DNA of 64,000 nt from an uncultured Alphaproteobacteria bacterium (lineage in GTDB: Bacteria > Pseudomonadota > Alphaproteobacteria > HIMB59 > GCA-002718135), in contig CACFXU010000001.1 of the NCBI GenBank assembly GCA_902570155.1, positions 169,360-233,359 of the forward strand. The letters are read 5' to 3'. Shown one piece after another: positions 56,690-64,000 of this stretch. Position 1 is the first letter of the stretch. The number at the start of each line of letters is the position of its first letter. Below the pieces are notes generated by a model. That model saw only the letters and a list, made by a program, of their open reading frames with translations. It ran no database searches and was not told where the DNA came from. The translations under genes were made by a program, and so were the position numbers.

Positions 56690-57594
56690 TGATTTCAAAA
56701 CAAGGTTGGATAAATTTATATAAACCCAAAAATATTACATCTTTTAAAGCCGTTAATTCTATCAAAAAAAAATTTTTAATCAGAAAAATTGGTCATGCGG
56801 GTACTTTAGACCCTATGGCAGAAGGTGTGTTACCAATTGCTATAGGAAAAGCAACAAAACTAATTCCATATATTAGTAATATGAATAAAGAATATGAGTT
56901 TACAGTAAATTGGGGAATTCAAACAACAACAGATGATGCTGAGGGTAAAATTTTATTTGAATCAAATTATCTCCCTAAAAGAAAAGAAATAGAAAAAAAA
57001 ATTATTAAATACATTGGTTATATAAGTCAGATACCTCCAAAAGTTTCAGCAGTTAAAATTAATGGTAAAAGAGCTTATAAATTATTTAGAGAAAATAAAA
57101 AATTTACAATTCAACCAAAAAAAGTTTTTATCGAAGATTTGTATATTACTGACCATAGTATAAACAAAACATCATTTAAAATTTTATGTAGTAAGGGCTT
57201 TTATGTTAGAAGCCTAGCTCGTGATTTAGCCATAGATCTTAAAACATATGGACACATTTCTTCATTGAAAAGGTCAAAAGTGGGTAAATTCACCGAAAAA
57301 AATTCGATTTTACTGGACGATCTTCTAAAAATAGGACAAACGCACGAAGAAATTAATTGTATCTCCACTACAATTTCTATGCTGGACGACATCTTGGCTT
57401 ATGAAATTGAAGAAAAACTAGATATTGAAAATTTATCTTTTGGAAGATCTATTAAAATTGATGAAAGAAAAATTATAAATCCTTCGTCAATAAACTTAGA
57501 TAAAAAAAATATTTTTTTATGTAAGAAAGGAGACATTGTCTCAATAGGCAAATTAGATGGTAATTTGTTTAAACCAAATAAAATATTAATATAG
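56689..57594 (+). CDS. truB: tRNA pseudouridine-55 synthase
   Basis: [23 protein letters not shown] catalytic-Asp motif. Confidence 0.95.
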   Translation: MISKQGWINLYKPKNITSFKAVNSIKKKFLIRKIGHAGTLDPMAEGVLPIAIGKATKLIPYISNMNKEYEFTVNWGIQTTTDDAEGKILFESNYLPKRKEIEKKIIKYIGYISQIPPKVSAVKINGKRAYKLFRENKKFTIQPKKVFIEDLYITDHSINKTSFKILCSKGFYVRSLARDLAIDLKTYGHISSLKRSKVGKFTEKNSILLDDLLKIGQTHEEINCISTTISMLDDILAYEIEEKLDIENLSFGRSIKIDERKIINPSSINLDKKNIFLCKKGDIVSIGKLDGNLFKPNKILI

Positions 57595-57602
57595 GAGAAC
57601 CG

Positions 57603-57872
57603 ATGTCGATAACAAAAGAAAATAAAAAAAATCTTATTAATGAATTTTCTAAAAATGAAAAAGATACTGGATCAGCAAGTGTTCAGATAGCAGTTTTAAC
57701 AGAAAGAATAAAAAATTTAACTGAACATTTTAAGACTCACAATAAAGATAATCATTCAAAAAGAGGGCTAGTATCATTAGTTAATAAAAGAAAAAAATTA
57801 TTAAACTACTTATCTAAAAAAAATAAATCTGAATATTCAGATTTAATAAAAAAATTAAATATTAGAGGTTAA
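57603..57872 (+). CDS. rpsO: 30S ribosomal protein S15
   Basis: 89 aa with [16 protein letters not shown] and HSKRGL motifs. Confidence 0.95.
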   Translation: MSITKENKKNLINEFSKNEKDTGSASVQIAVLTERIKNLTEHFKTHNKDNHSKRGLVSLVNKRKKLLNYLSKKNKSEYSDLIKKLNIRG

Positions 57873-57894
57873 AAAAAGAGGATAAATAAAAATT

Positions 57895-59988
57895 ATGTTT
57901 GATGTGAAAAATGTAGAAATTGATTGGGCTGGAAGAACACTTAAGTTAGAAACTGGAAAAATAGCAAGACAAGCTGACTCAACAGTTATAGCCACTTATG
58001 GTGGTACGACTGTTATGTGTAATGTAGTTGCTGCAAAAGAAGCAAATCCTGATATGGATTTTTTTCCCTTAACAGTAAATTATCAAGAAAAATATTATTC
58101 TGTAGGAAAAATACCTGGCGGTTTTTTTAAAAGAGAGGCTAGACCAACTGAAAAAGAAACATTAGTTTCTCGATTAATTGATAGGCCAGTAAGACCTTTA
58201 TTTCATAAAGATTTTAAAAATGAGACCCAAGTTACTTGTACTGTATTATCACATGATCAAGAAAATGACTCAGATGTTGTAGCAATGGTAGCAGCAAGTG
58301 CCGCATTAACTTTATCTGGTTTGCCATTTTTAGGTCCACTCGGAGCAATTAAGATTGGTTTTATAGACGATGAGTTTGTTGTTAACCCAAGTAAGAGTCA
58401 ATTATCAAATTCTAAACTAGAATTAGTATTAGCAGGTACTAAGGAAGGTGTACTAATGATCGAGTCTGAAGCTCACGAGCTTTCAGAAAAACAAATGCTA
58501 GATGCAGTAGTTCTAGGTCAAGAAAATTATAAAATAGTGATTGAAGCAATAATTTCCTTAGCTAAAAAAGCGGCAAAAAAACCCTGGGAACTTAAAGAAA
58601 AAGATGAAGAAATTAAAAATCTACCATTTAAGATCAACGAAGACTTTGGTAAAGATTTTATAGATGCTTACAAAATAACTGAAAAACAAAAAAGATCAGA
58701 AAAATTATCTTCGTTACGTAATGAAATTTCTGAAAAATTTGTAAGTGAAACACTCTCACCAGTATTGGTTTCAGATGCAATAAAAAATGTAGAAAAAGAT
58801 ATAGTTAGAGGAGAATTAATTAATACTGGTAATAGAATTGATGGAAGAGATACTAAAACAGTCCGTCCAATTGTGTGTGAAACTGGAGTTTTAGAAAGAA
58901 CTCACGGTTCTGCATTATTTACCAGAGGAGAAACACAAGCTCTTGTAGTTTCAACTTTGGGAACTGGACAAGACGAGCAAAGAATAGATGCAATTGATGG
59001 TGAATATACAGAGAATTTTATGCTTCATTACAATTTTCCACCTTACTCTGTTGGAGAAGTTGGAAGAATAGGTTCTACCAGTAGAAGAGAAATAGGACAT
59101 GGAAAATTAGCCTGGAGAGCTATTCATCCAATGTTACCCTCAAAAGAAAAGTTTCCTTACACTTATAGAGTTGTTTCTGAAATTACAGAATCTAATGGAT
59201 CTAGCTCTATGGCAACTGTTTGTGGTTCCTCAATGTCTTTAATGGATGCAGGAGTGCCTTTAGAAAGACCAGTAGCAGGTATCGCGATGGGCTTAATTAA
59301 AGAGAATGATAAATATGTGATATTATCAGACATACTTGGTGATGAAGATCATCTTGGTGATATGGATTTTAAAGTTGCAGGAACTTCTGAAGGAATAACT
59401 TCATTACAAATGGATATTAAAATAACTAGTATCACAGCTGAAATTATGGAAGAAGCATTAGCGCAAGCTAAAGATGGACGCTTTCATATACTTGGTGAAA
59501 TGGCTAAAGCAATTGATAAACCTAATCAATCGATTTCTCAATACGCGCCAACAATAACCAATCTACAAATAAACAAAGATAAAATTAGAGAAGTTATTGG
59601 TAAAGGAGGAGCAGTTATTAGAGAAATATCTGAAACAACTGGAGCTAAAATTGAAATTAATGATGAAGGTTTAGTGAGTATTGCAGCTGTAGATCAAAAA
59701 TCTGGAAATGATGCATTAGAATGGATCAAAGGTATTGTCGAAGAGCCAGAGATTGGGAAAATTTATGATGGTAAAGTTATAAAGATAATGGACTTTGGTG
59801 CTTTTGTTAATTTCATGGGATCTACAGATGGTCTTGTTCATATTAGTCAATTAAAAAATGAAAGAGTAGAGAAAGTTGAAGATGTTATTAGTGAAGGAGA
59901 TATCGTAAAAGTAAAAGTATTGGATATCGACTCAAGAGGAAAAATAAAACTTTCTATGAAAGCAGTTGACGCAGAAGAAAACGCTTAA
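57895..59988 (+). CDS. pnp: polyribonucleotide nucleotidyltransferase (PNPase)
   Basis: Two RNase PH domains (NRIDGR, REIGHG), a KH domain ([12 protein letters not shown]) and an S1 domain (FGAFVNF). Confidence 0.95.
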   Translation: MFDVKNVEIDWAGRTLKLETGKIARQADSTVIATYGGTTVMCNVVAAKEANPDMDFFPLTVNYQEKYYSVGKIPGGFFKREARPTEKETLVSRLIDRPVRPLFHKDFKNETQVTCTVLSHDQENDSDVVAMVAASAALTLSGLPFLGPLGAIKIGFIDDEFVVNPSKSQLSNSKLELVLAGTKEGVLMIESEAHELSEKQMLDAVVLGQENYKIVIEAIISLAKKAAKKPWELKEKDEEIKNLPFKINEDFGKDFIDAYKITEKQKRSEKLSSLRNEISEKFVSETLSPVLVSDAIKNVEKDIVRGELINTGNRIDGRDTKTVRPIVCETGVLERTHGSALFTRGETQALVVSTLGTGQDEQRIDAIDGEYTENFMLHYNFPPYSVGEVGRIGSTSRREIGHGKLAWRAIHPMLPSKEKFPYTYRVVSEITESNGSSSMATVCGSSMSLMDAGVPLERPVAGIAMGLIKENDKYVILSDILGDEDHLGDMDFKVAGTSEGITSLQMDIKITSITAEIMEEALAQAKDGRFHILGEMAKAIDKPNQSISQYAPTITNLQINKDKIREVIGKGGAVIREISETTGAKIEINDEGLVSIAAVDQKSGNDALEWIKGIVEEPEIGKIYDGKVIKIMDFGAFVNFMGSTDGLVHISQLKNERVEKVEDVISEGDIVKVKVLDIDSRGKIKLSMKAVDAEENA

Positions 59989-60721
59989 ATTACCTAAATT
60001 AATTGGGCACAGAGGTGTAAAAGATCTGTGTCCAGAAAACACTTTAGAATCTATCTTAAAGGCATTCGATTTAGGTTTAAGTTTTGTAGAAATAGATGTT
60101 AAGATTTCTAAAGACAGAATCCCAATTTTATTACATGATGATACTCTTGATAGAACTACTAATGGAAGTGGGCTTGCAATTGATTATGATTATGAAAACA
60201 TAAAAAAACTTGATGCGGGAAAATTTTTTTATAAAGAAAATACAAATATTTTTGTTCCAAAGTTAGAAGATATTCTTAGTTTGTGTACTAATTATAATGG
60301 TAATTTAAATATCGAATTAAAACCCAATAAAAAATTTGAAAAAGAAAATGTTTATCAAATATATAAAATTATAAAAAATATTAATCAAATAGATATTTTT
60401 TTCTCCTCATTTGATATGATTTCTATTTTAGAAATTTCAAAACTTTACCCTCAATCTACACGTAGTTTTTTATTAGATGATTTTAAAGAATATAATATTG
60501 ATGATTTGATTAGTATATCAATTAATCATGATTTAAAAATTTGTGGATTAAATATAGATCTTGTTACTGTTGATATTATAAAAAAAATTAAAGAATCCAA
60601 TATGGCAATAACTGTTTATTCAGATAAAAATATAAATTTATCTAGTGCTAATGATATTTTCTCCATAGGTGTTGATAGTATTTTTGTTGATAATCCTTTA
60701 GATTTATTGGGAAAATTTTAG
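59966..60721 (+). CDS. glycerophosphodiester phosphodiesterase (GDPD family)
   Basis: IGHRGV...PENT, VEIDV and [13 protein letters not shown] motifs. TTG start overlaps the pnp 3' end by 23 nt. Confidence 0.8.
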   Translation: MTQKKTLKLPKLIGHRGVKDLCPENTLESILKAFDLGLSFVEIDVKISKDRIPILLHDDTLDRTTNGSGLAIDYDYENIKKLDAGKFFYKENTNIFVPKLEDILSLCTNYNGNLNIELKPNKKFEKENVYQIYKIIKNINQIDIFFSSFDMISILEISKLYPQSTRSFLLDDFKEYNIDDLISISINHDLKICGLNIDLVTVDIIKKIKESNMAITVYSDKNINLSSANDIFSIGVDSIFVDNPLDLLGKF

Positions 60722-61491
60722 AACTTATTGGGCATTCCAATAATATTGTAACCACAGTCAACATAATGCACTTCACCAGTAACTGCAGAAGATAAATCAC
60801 TAACAAAGTATAAAGCAGATTTACCAATTTCATCTAGTTTTGCATTTCGTTTCAATGCTGAATGTTCTTCTGTAAATTTAAACACCTCCCTAGCATTATT
60901 TATGGCTGCACCAGCAATTGTTCTCATAGGTCCTGCTGAGATTGCATTAACACGAATATTTTTTGTGCCTAAATCCACACTTAAGTATTTTATACTTGTT
61001 TCTAAAGCAGCTTTTGCAATTCCCATTAAATTGTAATTTGGTATTACTTTATTTGACCCATAAAAAGTAAGTGTGAGAATACTTCCTCCATCATTCATTA
61101 TAGGTTCAAAATTTCTTGCGAGACTAGTTAAAGAAAAACATGATATTTCCAAACAATTAATAAAATTATCCTTCGTAGTATCAACATATCTACCATTTAA
61201 CTCTGACTTATCTGCAAAAGCAACAGCATGAATTATAAAATCAATTGTGCCCCATTCTTTTTTTATAATTTCTACAGATTTGTTTATTGAGTCATGATTA
61301 TTAAAATCACATTCTATTAATATTTTTGAATTAATTTCTTCAGAAAGCGGTTTTACTCTCTTCAATAATATTTCATTTTGATAACCAATGGCTATTTCAG
61401 CACCATTTTCAGCTAGTTGTTTTGCTATTCCCCATGCTATTGAATGATTATTTGCAATACCAAATACTAAACCTTTTTTATTTTTAAGCAT
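60718..61491 (-). CDS. fabI: enoyl-ACP reductase (NADH)
   Basis: [13 protein letters not shown] cofactor motif and a Y-x6-K region ([12 protein letters not shown]). Confidence 0.9.
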   Translation of the reverse strand: MLKNKKGLVFGIANNHSIAWGIAKQLAENGAEIAIGYQNEILLKRVKPLSEEINSKILIECDFNNHDSINKSVEIIKKEWGTIDFIIHAVAFADKSELNGRYVDTTKDNFINCLEISCFSLTSLARNFEPIMNDGGSILTLTFYGSNKVIPNYNLMGIAKAALETSIKYLSVDLGTKNIRVNAISAGPMRTIAGAAINNAREVFKFTEEHSALKRNAKLDEIGKSALYFVSDLSSAVTGEVHYVDCGYNIIGMPNKF

Positions 61492-62701
61492 AATATTTTG
61501 AAAATACTAATGTTGCATTTGTACCACCAAAACCAAAACTATTCGACATAACATGCTCAATTTCAACGTCATTTTCCGTTTTTAAAAGAATATTACAATC
61601 TATGGCATTATCATCGAGATTTTCAATATTAGCAGAACCACTAATAAAATTATTTTTCATCATCAATAAACTATAAATTGCTTCATGCACACCAGTTGCC
61701 CCTAAAGAATGACCAGTCAAAGATTTTGTTGAGCTCATTTTTGGAATATTTGAACCAAAAACATTTTTGATTGCTTCCAATTCTTTTATATCTCCTATTG
61801 GAGTGCTTGTTCCATGTGTATTTATATAATCAATTTTACCATCAATATTTTTTAATGCTTGCTTCATACATCTTTCTGCTCCCTCTCCAGAAGGCTGTAC
61901 CATATCGAATCCATCTGAGGTTGCTCCATATCCTGTTATTTCACCATATATTTTAGCACCTCTAGCTTTTGCATGTTCTAATTCTTCAAGTACTAAAGTT
62001 CCACCCCCTCCAGCAATTACAAATCCATCTCTATTTGCATCATATGCTCTTGAAGATTTATTTGGAGTAGAATTATATTTTGAAGACAAAGCACCCATTG
62101 CATCAAATAAAATTGATAAAGTCCAATGGAGCTCTTCACCTCCTCCAGCAAAAACAATGTTTTGTTTTCCCATCTGAATTAGTTCGTACGCATTACCAAT
62201 ACAATGTGAACTTGTAGAACATGCTGAAGTAATTGAATAGTTAACTCCTTTAATTTTAAAAGGAGTTGCAAGAGTTGCAGAATTTGTACTAGACATTGCT
62301 CTTGGCACCATAAATGGTCCAATTTTTTTTGAACCTGAACTCTTCCCAATTTCAGAAGACTTAAATAAATTTTGTGTAGATGGACCACCTGAACCAACAA
62401 TTATACCAGTCATTTCATTTGAAATATCACTATCCTCCAGCCCTGAGTCTTCTATAGCATCTTTCATCGCAATATAGTTGTAGGCAGCTCCATCACCCAT
62501 AAACCTTAGTAATCTTCTATCAATTTCGTTACTAATATCTATATTTGGTTTACCGTGTACAAGACTTCTAAAAGAAAACTCTTCATACTCTTCTGCATTT
62601 GTTATACCAGATTTCAAATTTCTAAGACTGTCTATAACATCCGATTGATTATTACCAATACATGATACTATACCTAAACCTGTTACTACTACTCTATTCA
62701 T
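61484..62701 (-). CDS. fabB: 3-oxoacyl-ACP synthase I
   Basis: Active-site ACSTSSH plus HGTSTP / GHSLGA His motifs. It lies downstream of fabA, which supports FabB rather than FabF. Confidence 0.85.
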   Translation of the reverse strand: MNRVVVTGLGIVSCIGNNQSDVIDSLRNLKSGITNAEEYEEFSFRSLVHGKPNIDISNEIDRRLLRFMGDGAAYNYIAMKDAIEDSGLEDSDISNEMTGIIVGSGGPSTQNLFKSSEIGKSSGSKKIGPFMVPRAMSSTNSATLATPFKIKGVNYSITSACSTSSHCIGNAYELIQMGKQNIVFAGGGEELHWTLSILFDAMGALSSKYNSTPNKSSRAYDANRDGFVIAGGGGTLVLEELEHAKARGAKIYGEITGYGATSDGFDMVQPSGEGAERCMKQALKNIDGKIDYINTHGTSTPIGDIKELEAIKNVFGSNIPKMSSTKSLTGHSLGATGVHEAIYSLLMMKNNFISGSANIENLDDNAIDCNILLKTENDVEIEHVMSNSFGFGGTNATLVFSKYYA

Positions 62702-62704
62702 TAC

Positions 62705-63211
62705 TTATTTCTCAGGCGAAAATAAACCAACTTTCATATCTTTAGCTTCATAAATTGTTTCACCATCAGCTTTTAAAACCCCATCTCCAACTCCTAAAAT
62801 CAATTTTCTTAGTATAAGTCTTTTAAGAGATATATGATAAGTTACTTTTTTGACTTTTTGTAATACTTGACCAGTAAACTTAACTTCACCAACTCCTAAA
62901 GCTCTCCCCCTTCCTGGTTGACCAAGCCATCCTAAATAAAAACCGAGTAATTGCCACATAGCATCCAAACCTAAACAACCTGGCATTACTGGATCATCTT
63001 TGAAATGACATTCAAAAAACCATAAGTCTTCTTTAATATCTAATTCCGCAATAATCTCACCTTTAGCGAATACCCCTCCATTCTCATTTATTGAGGTAAT
63101 TCTGTCAAACATTAACATAGGAGGCATTGGAAGTTGTGCATTCCCTTTTCCAAAAAGAACACCTTTTGCACAATCAATTAATTGCTCGTAGGTAAATGAA
63201 TTTTGTTTCAT
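62705..63211 (-). CDS. fabA: 3-hydroxydecanoyl-ACP dehydratase/isomerase
   Basis: [24 protein letters not shown] active-site block. Confidence 0.9.
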   Translation of the reverse strand: MKQNSFTYEQLIDCAKGVLFGKGNAQLPMPPMLMFDRITSINENGGVFAKGEIIAELDIKEDLWFFECHFKDDPVMPGCLGLDAMWQLLGFYLGWLGQPGRGRALGVGEVKFTGQVLQKVKKVTYHISLKRLILRKLILGVGDGVLKADGETIYEAKDMKVGLFSPEK

Positions 63212-63250
63212 AATTTTAATTAAACTTTTTTTATGTATTTTTCAATTAAC

Positions 63251-64000
63251 TTAAACTGATTTTAAATAACAATCATGTTTACTTTTAATAAGAATATTAT
63301 CAATGCTTAATTTTTTTCCATCAGAAATTGTCATTATATTAGTTTCATCCTTTAAATTTAAATAGAAGTTAATTATTTTTTGAGCAGCAATCAAACCTGC
63401 TAACCCTGCAGAAATACCAGAAATACCTACTACATCACATCTTGGAAGATTAACATCATCTTTGTTAGGAAAGATACAATTTAAACATAGATGATTATTT
63501 TTATTTGAATTATTGAAAAGAATTATTTGTAAATCGTGTCTTAATGCAGAGGAATATAAAAAATTGATTGAATTTTTAAGACAATACTCATTTAATAATT
63601 TAGAACTTACCCAATCATCAGTTGCATCAACAATTATAGAACATCCATTTAAAGAATTTAAATTTAAAGAACTAATATTTTCATCAATAGAATGAATTTT
63701 ACATTCAGTATTGATTAATTGTAATTTATTTTTTGCTACATCAACCTTTTTTCTTCCAATATCATTTAAATTGAACAAAATTTGTCTATTAAGATTACTT
63801 TTTTCAACAATGTCTCCATCTACTATTAACAATTCTTTTATTCCAGAGTTGACTAAATATTGACTTAAAGGACATCCTATACCCCCCATACCCACGATAC
63901 CAATTTTTATATTTGATAATTTTTTTAGGTTTTCTTCAGAAAATTCTTTTAAAATAAATAATCTGCTGAAAATTTTATATTCTTCTTCAGAGTAATTATT
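63251..64000 (-). CDS. ThiF/MoeB-family adenylyltransferase; N-terminus lies beyond the window end
   Basis: GMGGIG nucleotide loop and Cys pairs (CLNC, PRC). The reading frame stays open upstream of the track's GTG at 63895 through to base 64000 (..YSEEEYKIFSRLFILKEFSEENLKKLSNIKIGIVGMGG). Confidence 0.8.
   Translation of the reverse strand, partial: NNYSEEEYKIFSRLFILKEFSEENLKKLSNIKIGIVGMGGIGCPLSQYLVNSGIKELLIVDGDIVEKSNLNRQILFNLNDIGRKKVDVAKNKLQLINTECKIHSIDENISSLNLNSLNGCSIIVDATDDWVSSKLLNEYCLKNSINFLYSSALRHDLQIILFNNSNKNNHLCLNCIFPNKDDVNLPRCDVVGISGISAGLAGLIAAQKIINFYLNLKDETNIMTISDGKKLSIDNILIKSKHDCYLKSV

Noticed and set aside
1717-63695. About 45 short ORFs (60-129 aa) in the track that are nested inside, and mostly antisense to, longer genes. 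Examples are 1717-1953, 3888-4124, 8526-8776, 11007-11309, 16602-16898, 22470-22808, 36471-36821, 44115-44504, 53765-54170, 62179-62400 and 63513-63695.
   Set aside because: Each is fully contained in a longer ORF with clear family motifs. Their translations are low-complexity or repetitive and carry no recognisable motifs. Such shadow ORFs are expected in AT-rich DNA with biased codon use.
1-64000. Search by eye for tRNA, rRNA, CRISPR arrays, IS elements, integrases, phage genes or long direct/inverted repeats flanking the P-gene cluster
   Set aside because: No spacer is long enough or GC-rich enough for a tRNA or rRNA. No regularly spaced repeats were seen, and no transposase- or integrase-like ORF is present. 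A proper tRNAscan, Infernal or repeat-finder run would still be needed to be certain.

Overview
Strongly AT-rich, very gene-dense bacterial chromosome segment: about 68 protein genes, intergenic spacers mostly under 100 nt, and many overlapping stops and starts. By eye I found no rRNA, tRNA, CRISPR array, transposase or integrase. Gene content and architecture fit a streamlined marine alphaproteobacterium of the SAR11/Pelagibacterales type; this is inference, since no database search was possible. The window has three parts. (i) 1-9.9 kb holds mixed housekeeping and transport genes: an M48 peptidase fragment, adenosine deaminase and a PfkB kinase, DMT and MFS transporters, an orphan family-5 solute-binding protein, cytochrome c with msrPQ, and two tiny zinc-ribbon proteins. 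(ii) 9.9-40.5 kb is an almost uninterrupted phosphorus-acquisition supercluster. It contains a Ugp-like CUT1 ABC transporter split around phnA-phnY; a MetE-like / Fe-ADH / methyltransferase-fold cassette; a phnW / AllA-like / GpdQ-like phosphodiesterase operon; a PhnZ-like HD protein with a Cys-phosphatase; DUF47-PiT; arsC; a sixA-like gene with ppk1, plus ppx; a MIP channel; plcP-agt lipid remodelling genes; and a SET-domain gene followed by phoR-pstSCAB-phoU-phoB. (iii) 40.5-64 kb is conserved core: murJ, trpS, nfu, cell-wall enzymes, tsaB-rimI-miaB-phoH-ybeY-corC-lnt-trmB, nusA-infB-rbfA-truB-rpsO-pnp, a GDPD, fabI-fabB-fabA and a ThiF/MoeB fragment. The best candidate for an undescribed system is the set of accessory genes at 17.2-24.3 kb that surround the PhnW/PhnY/PhnA phosphonate pathway. 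All functional calls rest on motifs read from the supplied translations and on recalled family knowledge. None has been verified by a search.
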